Source: Pseudomonadota bacterium (GTDB taxonomy: Bacteria > Myxococcota > JACRCW01 > JAFGSX01). Taken from it: a DNA stretch of 64,000 bases. The translations under genes and the position numbers were made by a program. The notes below the pieces were generated by a model. The model was not told where the DNA came from, did no database searches, and was given only the letters and a program-made list of their open reading frames with translations. The stretch is from assembly GCA_043821645.1 (NCBI GenBank), contig JBDRCO010000003.1, positions 64,001 through 128,000 of the forward strand, in the 5' to 3' direction. This document shows, one piece after another, positions 26,883-36,482 of the stretch (positions within the stretch are counted from its first letter, which is position 1; each line of letters starts with the position of its first letter).

Positions 26883-28433
26883 ATGGATCGCGAGAAGATC
26901 GTGTTCGCCGCCCTCAAGCCCATCGACCTCACCATGGGTGCCGTGGTGCAGGGCCTCAAGGCCACGGGTGCTCTCGACAAGGTCACGGACAGCTTCTATG
27001 GCCTCGCCGGAAAAGTGATGCGGGGCATGTACGAGAAGCAGAACGACCTGCGCTCCGAGGGGCTGGAGAACGTGCCGACCCAGGGTGGCTTGCTGTTCGC
27101 CTCCAACCACCAGAGCTGGAACGACGTGCAGGTCATCGGTGCCTCCTGTCCACGCCGGCTGCGCTTCCTGGCCAAGGCCGAGTTCGAGACCTGGCCGCTG
27201 TTGCGCCACCTGATCGCGCTGAGTGATTCACCCTTCATCCGTCGCGGCGGCGACAAGGCGGGCATGCAGCAGGCCGTGGCGTCGCTGCAAGAGGGCAAGG
27301 CCCTGGTGATCTTCCCCGAGGGCACCATCCCTGGAGAGGAGGATCTGGGTCGTCACCAGGTCGAGCCGGACACCGGTCTGCTGCGCGGTCATACCGGCGC
27401 GGTGCGGCTGGCCGCGGCGGCCAGGGTGCCCATCGTGCCCATAGGCGTCTCGGGCACCGGCGCGTCCTTCCCGCCCGAGGTCTACCCGCGCCTGGAGCTC
27501 CTCGAGGCGCCCAAGCCGGTGCCGGTCACCGTTCGCTACGGCGAGCCTATCACCTTCGACGAGCTCTACGACCACGAGCCCAGCCGCGACGAGCTGCACG
27601 CGGCCACCAAGAAGCTCATGCTTGCCATCTCGGCCCTGGTCGACCACCACCGAGGGTTCGTGCCCACGCAGGTCCCGGCGCAGCCTCTCGAGCAGGTCGA
27701 TCGGCTGGGTGTGCTGCTGCTGCACGGCTTCACCTCGAGCGTGCGCACGGTCGACGGCATGGTGCCGCAGCTGGAGCAGGCAGGCATCCCCTATCGCGTG
27801 CCCATCCTGCGTGGTCATGGCACGCACTACACCGCGCTCGAGGGTGTGACCGCCCAGGACTGGTACGACGACGCCGAGGCGGCGCTGCTGGATCTGCTGC
27901 GCGAGGTCGACAAGGTGGTGGTGCTGGGATTCTCGATGGGCGGCCTGGTCGCGCTCAACCTCGGTATCCGTCACCCCGACAAGATCGCCGGCGTGGTGAC
28001 CTGGGCGGCCTTCCTGCGTCCGCGCGATCCGCTGGCGCCGCTGACGCCACTGCTGGGCAAGTTTGCGCGCAGCTGGCCCATGCCCAACCCTTACAATGAC
28101 AAGACCCTGGCAGCGAACAGCGAGAACTACCCGCGCTGCATGACCGATGCCCTGGTGGCCCTGATGCGCTACGCCGAGGACACCGAGAAGCGTCTGGGGC
28201 AGTTGCACACACCGATCTGCGTGCTGCAGTCGAAGAAGGACCAGATCACGGATCCGGTGGCCGCCAATGTCATCTACCGCGATGTGTCGTCGACCTACCG
28301 CGAGATCCACTGGTTCACGCGCTCGGGTCACGAGATGGGGCAGGACCTCGAGAGTGCGGCAGTGTTCGAGACGAGCCTGGCCTTTGCCCGCCTGTTCAAG
28401 AAGGGCGCCGGCGGCAACGGATCCGCTCACTGA
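26883..28433 (+). CDS. Fusion: PlsC-type acyltransferase + alpha/beta-hydrolase (carboxylesterase/monoacylglycerol-lipase-like)
   Basis: NHQSWND, FLAKAE, IFPEGT; then LLHGFT, GFSMGG nucleophile, D and SGH triad residues. Confidence 0.88.
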   Translation: MDREKIVFAALKPIDLTMGAVVQGLKATGALDKVTDSFYGLAGKVMRGMYEKQNDLRSEGLENVPTQGGLLFASNHQSWNDVQVIGASCPRRLRFLAKAEFETWPLLRHLIALSDSPFIRRGGDKAGMQQAVASLQEGKALVIFPEGTIPGEEDLGRHQVEPDTGLLRGHTGAVRLAAAARVPIVPIGVSGTGASFPPEVYPRLELLEAPKPVPVTVRYGEPITFDELYDHEPSRDELHAATKKLMLAISALVDHHRGFVPTQVPAQPLEQVDRLGVLLLHGFTSSVRTVDGMVPQLEQAGIPYRVPILRGHGTHYTALEGVTAQDWYDDAEAALLDLLREVDKVVVLGFSMGGLVALNLGIRHPDKIAGVVTWAAFLRPRDPLAPLTPLLGKFARSWPMPNPYNDKTLAANSENYPRCMTDALVALMRYAEDTEKRLGQLHTPICVLQSKKDQITDPVAANVIYRDVSSTYREIHWFTRSGHEMGQDLESAAVFETSLAFARLFKKGAGGNGSAH

Positions 28434-28471
28434 TCTTCGCCCGGTGGGACTGTCCTGCCAGCTTCCGGACC

Positions 28472-29200
28472 TCAGCGACGCGTGTTCAAAAAAGAGAACT
28501 CCTCGTTGCGTCGAGACACCGCGAACAGCTCGAAGCCGTGAACCCGCAGACGCTGCACCGCCTCGCGGGTGACGGCCGCGCGCCGGGGGTGTTGCCGGTG
28601 GTGAAACTCGATCAGGAGCTGCCGCACTGACGGGCCGCTGTGCAGCAGATCCGGCAGGGCCTCGTACTCGCTGCCCTCGATGTCCAGCTTGAGCAGGTCG
28701 ATGTGATCGTGGCCCAGCGCCCTCGCCAGCGTGCTCAGGCGGCGCACCTGCAGGCACTCGACGTCAGTGGACACGCCCTGGGTCGCACGCAGCGACGAGA
28801 AGGACACATGACTCGGATCCTCGGGCGGCACCATGGCCAGCTCTCCGTCGTGGCCGGCCAGGCCCAGAGGGTGAACCTCGAACGCCTCGGGCAGGGACTG
28901 GGTCTGCAGCCAGGCCAGGCAGCGCGGAGTGGGATCAAAGCCATGCACCCGGCCTCCGAAGCGCTCGATCAGGGCCAGGTCAAAGCTGACGTCGAAACCA
29001 ATGCCAAAGCAGTAGAACACGCTGTCTGCACCCAGCCCGTCAGGGCACAGGGTCCAGCCCCCGTAGTCGCTGCCCAGGAACTCGGTGCGGCAGTGCAGGG
29101 AAGGGCGCAGCCAGGGCTCGCGGCCCAGAACCACCTTGGCGCCTAGGCGTGCCGTGCGCAGCAAGTCGTCGACACTCCACATGGCCGCGCAGGCTAGCAT
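28472..29200 (-). CDS. FkbM family SAM-dependent methyltransferase
   Basis: YCFGIGFDVSFD, GFDPTP, LLKLDIEGSE, QLLIEFH. Confidence 0.85.
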   Translation of the reverse strand: MLACAAMWSVDDLLRTARLGAKVVLGREPWLRPSLHCRTEFLGSDYGGWTLCPDGLGADSVFYCFGIGFDVSFDLALIERFGGRVHGFDPTPRCLAWLQTQSLPEAFEVHPLGLAGHDGELAMVPPEDPSHVSFSSLRATQGVSTDVECLQVRRLSTLARALGHDHIDLLKLDIEGSEYEALPDLLHSGPSVRQLLIEFHHRQHPRRAAVTREAVQRLRVHGFELFAVSRRNEEFSFLNTRR

Positions 29201-29266
29201 CCAGGGGTTTTCTTTTCACGTGAGCCAAGCATAATCGCGCCCTCGGTCGACGATGCAGGTGGCCCC

Positions 29267-30415
29267 GTGACCAGGCAGGCAGCAGATCCCGGTGCGCTCC
29301 GCGTCCATGCCTTCAGCGTGGCGCCGAGCCCACGTTACTTCCAGCCGTTGATCCATCTTCAGCGCACGGGCCGCATCGCCCACTTTGGCCTGCACTCGTT
29401 GCGGCTGCTGGCTCCCTGGCTCAAGAGCCTGGCGCAGCAGCACGGCATGATGCAGGACAGGCCCATCGAGCCGGCGACCTGGCGCGACGTGCTGCGAGGT
29501 GTGGGCGAGCTCGGCCAGCTCCTGCGCAGCGACGTGGTGGTGCTGGCCATGGAACCTTATGACGCGCGGGTGGCGGCCTTCGTGCCCGTGGTCAGGGCCT
29601 TGCAGGCGCGCGGTGTGCGCGTGCTCTACCACACCTCGTGGCCGTTCTGGGACGGTGAGTACCAGCCTCGGCGGTCACTGCCCGGAGCGCGGCGGGCCTG
29701 GTCCCTGTTCCTGGAGACCGTGAACAGTGTGTGCGTGAACCAGGGCGCTCTGAACGCCATGCAGGCCCGGACCCGAGGTGCCGTTCGCATCCCGCACCCG
29801 GTGGATCGCGCGCAGTTCTTCGCTGACGAGGGCGCAACGTCGGCGACGCTCCCCTTTGGCTGGATCACCGTGGCACGGCTCGCACCGGGCAAGGGGCTCG
29901 AGGCTCTGATCGAGGTCTTTCGCCACCGTGATCCCGCTCAGGCGAGGCTGACCATCGTCGGCGATGGGCCCCTGGAGCAGGATCTGCGCGATCGCGCCGC
30001 GGGGACGGCGGTCGAGATCCGGCCCTTCTCTGGGGAGGCGCTCCCGGGCTGGCTGAGGCAACACCAGGGCTTCGTGCTCAACTCGCATCGCCACGGTCGC
30101 TGGGAGGAGCTGTTTGGCATGACGCTCATCGAGGCCATGGCCTGCGGCCTGCCCGTCATCGCCACCGACTGCAGTGGTCCCAAGGAGCTCATCGTCGACG
30201 GTGAGACAGGCGTCCTGATCCCGCAACAGGACGAGGTGGCCCTGGCCAGAGCCCTGCGCCGCATCGAGGGAGATTCCGAGCTACGCCTCGGGCTTCGCAC
30301 GCGAGGGCTGGAGCTCATCGATCGCTGCTACGATCTCGAGCGCATCGCGCAGCAGTGGCAGGCCGCGGTGGAGGGCAGAGCCTTCGCGCCCCCTGCGGCT
30401 GAGGCCAGCGCGTGA
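29267..30415 (+). CDS. GT4 family glycosyltransferase
   Basis: VARLAPGKG, ELFGMTLIEAMACGLPVI. Confidence 0.88.
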   Translation: MTRQAADPGALRVHAFSVAPSPRYFQPLIHLQRTGRIAHFGLHSLRLLAPWLKSLAQQHGMMQDRPIEPATWRDVLRGVGELGQLLRSDVVVLAMEPYDARVAAFVPVVRALQARGVRVLYHTSWPFWDGEYQPRRSLPGARRAWSLFLETVNSVCVNQGALNAMQARTRGAVRIPHPVDRAQFFADEGATSATLPFGWITVARLAPGKGLEALIEVFRHRDPAQARLTIVGDGPLEQDLRDRAAGTAVEIRPFSGEALPGWLRQHQGFVLNSHRHGRWEELFGMTLIEAMACGLPVIATDCSGPKELIVDGETGVLIPQQDEVALARALRRIEGDSELRLGLRTRGLELIDRCYDLERIAQQWQAAVEGRAFAPPAAEASA

Positions 30416-31635
30416 CCCGACCCCGGCGCATCCTCGTGGTCAGCACTCTCTATCCGCCGCATGTGATCGGCGGTGCCGAGCTGGTGGCGCAGCAGCTCGC
30501 GCGCGGTCTGTTGCGGCGCGGGCAGCAGGTCGCGGTGCTCTCCACCTGCGGACCGGATGCGGGACCAGGCCTGCATGTGGGTGAGGACCAGGGCGTGCCG
30601 GTGTGGCGATTCTTCCCTCGCAACGCCTACTGGACGTATTCCACCCGCGAGCGCCCCTTGCTGCGCAAGATCGCGTGGCACGCGCGCGACGCCTACAACG
30701 CGCATACCTCTCGGGTTGTCGACGAGCTGCTCGACCGGCTGCACCCGGACCTGGTGCACACCCACAACATCGACGGCTTCTCGCCCGCGGTCTGGCGTGT
30801 GGTGCAGGCGCGAGGCATCCCGATCGTGCACACCGCCCATGACTTTCACCTGGTGTGCCCGCGCGCCCGGCTGCTCCATGGGTCGGGCGAGCTGTGTGTC
30901 CAGGCGCCGTGGCCCTGCCATCTGTACCGGCGCTGGTACGCGCGCTTTGCCGACGCCATCGATCCGTTCTGCGCACCGTCGCGCTTCTTGATACAGGAGC
31001 ACGAGCGGCTGGGCTTGCAGCTGCGGTCCTCGCGGGTCGTTCACAACGGGCTGGAACCCGTGCCGGGCGAGGCCCCGGAGCGGACACCTGGTCCCTTGCG
31101 AGCGCTGTTCCTGGGCCAGCTCGAACCCCACAAGGGTGTCCGCGTGCTGCTCGACGCGCTGCGCATGATCCCGCGCAAGGTCGTGTTCGAGATCACCGTG
31201 GCCGGAACGGGTTCCCTGCTCAGGCACGTGCAGGCCTGTGCCGCCGATGATCCGCGGCTGCGCGCCGTCGGTTTTGTCGACGGTGAGGCCAAGCGCGCCC
31301 TGCTCGAGCAGAGCGACGTCATGCTGGTGCCCTCGCAGTGGTACGAGAATGCTCCCCTGAGCGTGATCGAAGCCCTCCACCATGGCCTGCTGGTGGTGGC
31401 GAGCGACATCGGAGGCATCCCCGAGTATGTGGAGTCCGGCAAGACCGGTCTGCTGGTGCAGCCGGGAGATCCGGGCGCCCTGGCTGCAGTGATGGCCACG
31501 CTGTCCGGATATCCCGGTCGTCTGCAGCTCATGCAGCAGGCCGCACGCCTGTCCGCCGGGCGTTTCACTGTCGAGCGCATGATCGATGCCTACACCGAGA
31601 TCTACGACGAGCGGGTCGGTATGCGACGTCAGTAG
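30412..31635 (+). CDS. GT4 family glycosyltransferase
   Basis: YPPHVIGGAE, HKGV, ENAPLSVIEA, SDIGGIPE; GTGA overlap. Confidence 0.92.
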   Translation: MTRPRRILVVSTLYPPHVIGGAELVAQQLARGLLRRGQQVAVLSTCGPDAGPGLHVGEDQGVPVWRFFPRNAYWTYSTRERPLLRKIAWHARDAYNAHTSRVVDELLDRLHPDLVHTHNIDGFSPAVWRVVQARGIPIVHTAHDFHLVCPRARLLHGSGELCVQAPWPCHLYRRWYARFADAIDPFCAPSRFLIQEHERLGLQLRSSRVVHNGLEPVPGEAPERTPGPLRALFLGQLEPHKGVRVLLDALRMIPRKVVFEITVAGTGSLLRHVQACAADDPRLRAVGFVDGEAKRALLEQSDVMLVPSQWYENAPLSVIEALHHGLLVVASDIGGIPEYVESGKTGLLVQPGDPGALAAVMATLSGYPGRLQLMQQAARLSAGRFTVERMIDAYTEIYDERVGMRRQ

Positions 31636-31970
31636 CTGTCGTTGGGGACCATGCACAGGAAGACCAGGGGCTCGTCGCCACTGGCCCGGAACTGGTGCTC
31701 CTCGTCGCCAGGCACGAACACAGAAGCTCCGGGGCGCAGCGGGTTCGTGCCTGCGGGACCCACGACCTCGCCCTGGCCGGACAGGATGTAGACCTCGTGC
31801 TCCCAGGCATGGCGGTGTCTGGGTGTGTGCCCGCCGGCGGCGATCTCGAAGCGGCGCATGGCAAAGTTTGGCGCGCCCTGCTTCTTGTCGATGAGCCAGC
31901 GAAGCTGCACACCCTGCACATCACCTGCAGGGGTCTCGGCTTTGAATTCGGTGTAGTGCTTGACCAGCAT
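31629..31970 (-). CDS. Cupin domain protein
   Basis: HTPRHRHAWEHEVYILSG...HQF cupin motifs; ATG 31970 with GGAGG RBS (3' part of ORF 31629..32867). Confidence 0.88.
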   Translation of the reverse strand: MLVKHYTEFKAETPAGDVQGVQLRWLIDKKQGAPNFAMRRFEIAAGGHTPRHRHAWEHEVYILSGQGEVVGPAGTNPLRPGASVFVPGDEEHQFRASGDEPLVFLCMVPNDSY

Positions 31971-32075
31971 GGCAACCTCCGTCACACGCGATGTAGCGAC
32001 GAGAACCACGATGGGCAGTGTCGCCGCTTGTTGTCGGTCATGGCAGGTTGGTCTGCAGGGTGGTAGGCAAGGGAG

Positions 32076-32831
32076 ATGCGAGGGACGAAGATCTGGATAG
32101 CTGCTGTTACGTGGGGGGTGGTGGCTGTCGTGGCCGCGCCAGGATCCGCGCTGGCCGATGAGGTGCCTGCCTCCGCTCCCGCGTCTGCGCCGAGCCCTGC
32201 ACCCGAATCCATCGCCGAGGAGCTGTGGGCAGGCCACCAGCTCGTCACCGGGAGCCGCCCGCTGCCTGTGTTCGGGGACATCGAGACCCGCGGCGAGAGC
32301 TTCGTGCTGGCACGGGCGCGGATCACCTCCGATCGCATCGAGCTCGAGCAGTGGCCCTGCGTGTTTCGCTTCAAGCCTGTGCTGGGAGTGAGCGTGCGCA
32401 TGTCCGCCGCGACCATGAAGAAGCTGCCCAGGGCGCGCATCCGGTTCCTGGCCACGGGGGACCAGGCCTACCGGGCGCCCGCCTGGGAGGTGGGCTGGGA
32501 CCGCCAGGACCTCGACGGTGACGGTCACCCGGGCGTCACAGTGCAAGTCGACAACGCCTTTTGCGACGGAGAGGTCTACACCGCAAGCCGCTCCACCAGT
32601 ACTGCCCTGGCGCGGCGGTTGGCCGACGGGCTCGAGGGCGACGTCACGGTGCGCACCCGCGAGCGGGTCCACGACGCCTCGCGGCTCTGTCTCAAGGCCG
32701 GGTCCTCGGAGCGCGAGGAGGTCCAGCAAGGGCGTTTTCGCTACCGCCGGGTGGCGCCGGGCACGCGCTGCGAGGATCTGCAGATCGAGGCCTGGCCCGT
32801 ACGCGTCGACGTCGAGGCGCAGCAAAAATGA
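32076..32831 (+). CDS. Secreted hypothetical protein
   Basis: Signal peptide (..SALA|DE), DQDxDGHPG-like motif; ATGA coupling to crtD. Confidence 0.7.
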   Translation: MRGTKIWIAAVTWGVVAVVAAPGSALADEVPASAPASAPSPAPESIAEELWAGHQLVTGSRPLPVFGDIETRGESFVLARARITSDRIELEQWPCVFRFKPVLGVSVRMSAATMKKLPRARIRFLATGDQAYRAPAWEVGWDRQDLDGDGHPGVTVQVDNAFCDGEVYTASRSTSTALARRLADGLEGDVTVRTRERVHDASRLCLKAGSSEREEVQQGRFRYRRVAPGTRCEDLQIEAWPVRVDVEAQQK

Positions 32832-34411
32832 CAGCCACCCGAGAGGGAGAAGACAAGAAAATGGCAACGAACAGCAAGCGCAGGCGCGTGATCGTGGTCG
32901 GTGGCGGCGTGGCCGGACTGGTTTCGACCCTGGAGCTGGCAGCCCAGGGCTTCGAGGTGACCCTGCTCGAACGCGCCAACCAGGTCGGCGGCAAGATGCG
33001 CCAGGTGCGCATCGACGACCAAGGCATCGATGTCGGGCCCACGGTGCTGACCATGCGCTGGGCCTTCGAGAACGTGTTCGCCGACGTGGGCGAGAAGCTC
33101 GACGAGCATCTGAAGCTGGTGCCCGCCGAGGTGCTGGCGCGCCACGCGTGGCAGGACGGCGGGCGTCTGGACCTGTACACGGACCCTGAGCGCTCGGCCC
33201 GGGCCATCCAGGACTTCGCTGGCAAGAAGGAGGCCGAGGGTTTTCGCAAGTTCTCGGCCTACGCCAAGAAGATATACGAGGCCACGGAGGAACCCTTCAT
33301 CCTGGCGCAGCGCCCGGACTTTTTGGCCATGGTCGGCTCGCTGGGCCTGAGCGGCATGGCCAAGCTCACGCGCATCGACATGCTGCGCAGCATGTGGAAA
33401 TCCCTGGGTGACTTCTTCAAGGATCCGCATCTGCATCAGCTCTTCGCGCGCTATGCGACCTACTATGGCTCGTCTCCCTACATGGCGCCGGCCACCCTCA
33501 ACCTCATCGCCCACGTCGAGCTTCAGGGGGTCTGGTTCGTCGATGGCGGCATGGTGCGCATCGCCGAGACCTTCGAGGCGCTGGCCAGGGCCCGCGGCGC
33601 CGAGATCCGCACCGGCGTCCACGTCGACAGGTTGCTGATGCGCGGCGACCGCGTACAGGGTGTGGTGACGGCCCAGGGCGAGACCCTTCAGGCGGACGCG
33701 GTCATCGTCAACGCCGATGTGGCTGCTCTGGCCACGGGCAAGTTGGGCTCCGAGCTGACCGGTTCGTTCAACGCGCCCGAGCTCAAGGAACGCTCGCTGT
33801 CTGCCCTGACCCTGGCCATGCGCGCGCGCACCAGTGGCCTCGACCTCATGCGCCACACCGTGTTCTTCAGCCGCGACTACAAGGATGAGTTCGAGCGCAT
33901 CTTCGACCAACAGCTGCTGCCGCGCGAACCCACCACGTACATCTGCGCTCAGGACAGGCTCGACGACGGTGCGACCATCACCGGGCCCGAGCGCCTGTTC
34001 TTCATCATCAACGCTCCCGCGGTGGGCGACCGCCGCCGCTTCGACGACAAGGAGATCCAGGCATGCCTGCAGGCGACCTTCGCGATGCTCGAGCGCTGCG
34101 GCCTGAAGCTGGAGCGCGATCCCGCGGCCACGGTGGTGACCACGCCCCACGACTTCGAGCAGAGCTTCCCGGCGACGGGCGGGGCGCTGTACGGCTCGGC
34201 CACCCACAGCTGGAAGGGTCCGCTCAACCGACCGGCGGGCCGGACCAAGGTGCCGGGGCTGTACCTGGCCGGGGGCAGCGTGCATCCGGGAGCGGGGGTG
34301 CCCATGGTGACCCTGGGCGGGCGCCTGGCGGCTGCGGCGGTGCTCGAGGACCTTGCTTCGACAAGCCTGTCGCCGCTTCGGGTTACGCGTGGTGGTACCT
34401 CGACGGTGTGA
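32828..34411 (+). CDS. crtD: 1-hydroxycarotenoid 3,4-desaturase (CrtI-family)
   Basis: GGGVAGL FAD motif, DVGPTVLTM, RYATYYGSSP, ERSLSA, GGSVHPGAGVPM; adjacent to crtC; alternative start 32861. Confidence 0.88.
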   Translation: MTATREGEDKKMATNSKRRRVIVVGGGVAGLVSTLELAAQGFEVTLLERANQVGGKMRQVRIDDQGIDVGPTVLTMRWAFENVFADVGEKLDEHLKLVPAEVLARHAWQDGGRLDLYTDPERSARAIQDFAGKKEAEGFRKFSAYAKKIYEATEEPFILAQRPDFLAMVGSLGLSGMAKLTRIDMLRSMWKSLGDFFKDPHLHQLFARYATYYGSSPYMAPATLNLIAHVELQGVWFVDGGMVRIAETFEALARARGAEIRTGVHVDRLLMRGDRVQGVVTAQGETLQADAVIVNADVAALATGKLGSELTGSFNAPELKERSLSALTLAMRARTSGLDLMRHTVFFSRDYKDEFERIFDQQLLPREPTTYICAQDRLDDGATITGPERLFFIINAPAVGDRRRFDDKEIQACLQATFAMLERCGLKLERDPAATVVTTPHDFEQSFPATGGALYGSATHSWKGPLNRPAGRTKVPGLYLAGGSVHPGAGVPMVTLGGRLAAAAVLEDLASTSLSPLRVTRGGTSTV

Positions 34412-35289
34412 GTGACGACGGTCGCCAGGGCATCACGGTCATCGCCTTCGTGGGCAGCGTGTTCTCGCCGGGCTACGCCAATGCGCGACGGCGCCAGCCC
34501 GACGTGGACCCGCTGGACTACTGCGCGCTCAACGTCGTGGTGTACGAGCGCGATCGCAAGTCCTGGGCCCTGACCGAGTGGCCGCGCCACGCCATCCACC
34601 GCGATGCAGACCACTTCGCGCTCGGACCCAACCGCCTGAGCTGGAACCAGGGTGCCCTGGAGCTGATCTTCGATGAGCGGCAATCGCCTTTTGGTCAGCC
34701 CCTGCGCGGGCGCCTGCGGCTGACCCCCGAGCACCTGTACGGCCACCCCGTGTACCTCGACCAGGCGCGCGAGCATCGCTGGTGGCCGGTGTGTCCGCAC
34801 GCGCGCATCGAGGTCTGGCTCGATCAACCCGGTCTGCACTTCGTGGGCGCCGGCTACCACGACAGCAACGAGGGCGATGTCCCGCTCGAGCAGTCCTTTC
34901 GCTACTGGACCTGGTCCCGCGCCACCCTGCCCAAGGGCACGGCCGTGCTCTACGACGTGGACCCTGTGGCAGGACCACCCACCCGCCGCGGCTGGTTGTT
35001 CGACCACGACGGTCGGGTGCGGGACATTGCGGCGCCTCGTGCCCAGTCGCTACCGCCCGGGTTGTGGGGGGTGCCGAGGCACACCCGCGTGGATGAGGGT
35101 GCCAGCGCACGGGTCGAGCAGACCTTTGAGGACTCGCCCTTTTACATGCGCTCGCTGCTGCGAACGCGGCTGCTGGGCGAGGACGCCCTGGCCGTGCACG
35201 AGGCGCTGTCCCTGGAACGCTTCGATCAGACCTGGGTGCAACTGCTGCTGCCCTTTCGCATGCGGCGCCGGCGACGATGGAACCCCTGA
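34063..35289 (+). CDS. crtC: Carotenoid 1,2-hydratase (hydroxyneurosporene synthase)
   Basis: GYAWWYLDG, FVGSVFSP, HRWWP, GYHDSN, EDSPFY; ATG 34063 has AAGGAG 8 nt upstream, inside crtD. Confidence 0.88.
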   Translation: MPAGDLRDARALRPEAGARSRGHGGDHAPRLRAELPGDGRGAVRLGHPQLEGSAQPTGGPDQGAGAVPGRGQRASGSGGAHGDPGRAPGGCGGARGPCFDKPVAASGYAWWYLDGVSDDGRQGITVIAFVGSVFSPGYANARRRQPDVDPLDYCALNVVVYERDRKSWALTEWPRHAIHRDADHFALGPNRLSWNQGALELIFDERQSPFGQPLRGRLRLTPEHLYGHPVYLDQAREHRWWPVCPHARIEVWLDQPGLHFVGAGYHDSNEGDVPLEQSFRYWTWSRATLPKGTAVLYDVDPVAGPPTRRGWLFDHDGRVRDIAAPRAQSLPPGLWGVPRHTRVDEGASARVEQTFEDSPFYMRSLLRTRLLGEDALAVHEALSLERFDQTWVQLLLPFRMRRRRRWNP

Positions 35290-36467
35290 GCGCGATCGCC
35301 GCCTGGATCTCCCTGGCCTGGGCGGCGCTCGCTGCGGGGCTGACCGGCGTGGCGTTGTTCCAGCGCTGGCGGTTTGGCATGCAGGCTCGCGCGTACCGCG
35401 CGCCGTCGGGGGCGCGGCCGCGGGTGCTGCTGGTGCGGCCCTGCGCGGGCGACGAGCCCTACCTCGAGCGCTGCCTGAGTTCCGTGGTGCGCGCCCGTCA
35501 CCACCTCGACCTGCGCATCGTGCACGGCGTCAGCCAGGCCGACGATGGCGCCGTGCCCACGATCGTTCGCGTGGTCGAGCTCATCCGCGCGGCAGGCCTG
35601 CAGGCCGAACACCGGGTCGTGGCCCCGCGCGGCCCCAACCTCAAGGCCTCGACTTTGAGCGGCCTCACCGAGGAGCTGGCCGGGCAGTTCGACGTCGTGG
35701 TCAACGTCGACAGCAATGTGGATCTCGAGGGCTTCGATCTGGATGCCCTGGTGGCTCCTCTTGTCGCCGACACGGGCGTGGGTGCGACCTGGGCGCCGCC
35801 CCACGAACACAGCGATGCACCGACCCTGGGCAGCCGGGCGGCCGAGGCTGTGCTATCGGGATCGCTGCATGCCTTTGGCCTGCTCATGGGCCTGGACCCT
35901 GCTGGGCTGGTGGGCAAGACCTGGGCCCTGCGCAGCGATGCTCTGCAGGCCATGGGTGGCTTCTCGCCCCTGGTGAACTACCTGGGCGAAGACCACGAGC
36001 TGGCTGCTCGCGTGCAGCGCGCGGGTTTGCGTGTGGTGCCCATGCCATCACCCGTGCGCTCCTTGGTGGACCGACGCAGCGTCGATGACACGGTGCAGCG
36101 CCAGGCGCGCTGGCTCATGGTGATCCGGGCCCAGCGGCCATGGTTGTTGCTGACCTACCCGATGTTCTTCTGCGGTGCGCCCGCAGTCACGCTGCTGGCC
36201 TGGCTGGGTTCCCTGGCCCAGCCCCGCGTTGCTGGCTGGGCCCTGCTGCTCGCCTGGGCTGCCCGCTGGACCCAGTCTGCCCTGGCGCGACTGTTCTCGA
36301 ACAGCCGTCCCGGGATCTCGATCGCGGTGGTCGATGCGCTGCTCGGAGACTGGGTGCTCTGGCGCTCGCTCGCTCGCTCGCTGGGATCGCGCGAGTTCGC
36401 GTGGCGTGGCCGGCGCCTGCGCATCGATCGCGGTGGCCTGCTATCGGCTGTCGACGGGAAGAAGTGA
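35277..36467 (+). CDS. GT2/GT21-like membrane glycosyltransferase, probable carotenoid glycosyltransferase
   Basis: N-terminal TM, RPCAG, NLK, VDSNV, LGED, RQARW; in operon with crtDC. Confidence 0.72.
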   Translation: MEPLSAIAAWISLAWAALAAGLTGVALFQRWRFGMQARAYRAPSGARPRVLLVRPCAGDEPYLERCLSSVVRARHHLDLRIVHGVSQADDGAVPTIVRVVELIRAAGLQAEHRVVAPRGPNLKASTLSGLTEELAGQFDVVVNVDSNVDLEGFDLDALVAPLVADTGVGATWAPPHEHSDAPTLGSRAAEAVLSGSLHAFGLLMGLDPAGLVGKTWALRSDALQAMGGFSPLVNYLGEDHELAARVQRAGLRVVPMPSPVRSLVDRRSVDDTVQRQARWLMVIRAQRPWLLLTYPMFFCGAPAVTLLAWLGSLAQPRVAGWALLLAWAARWTQSALARLFSNSRPGISIAVVDALLGDWVLWRSLARSLGSREFAWRGRRLRIDRGGLLSAVDGKK

Positions 36468-36482
36468 ACGAGTTCGGCAGAA

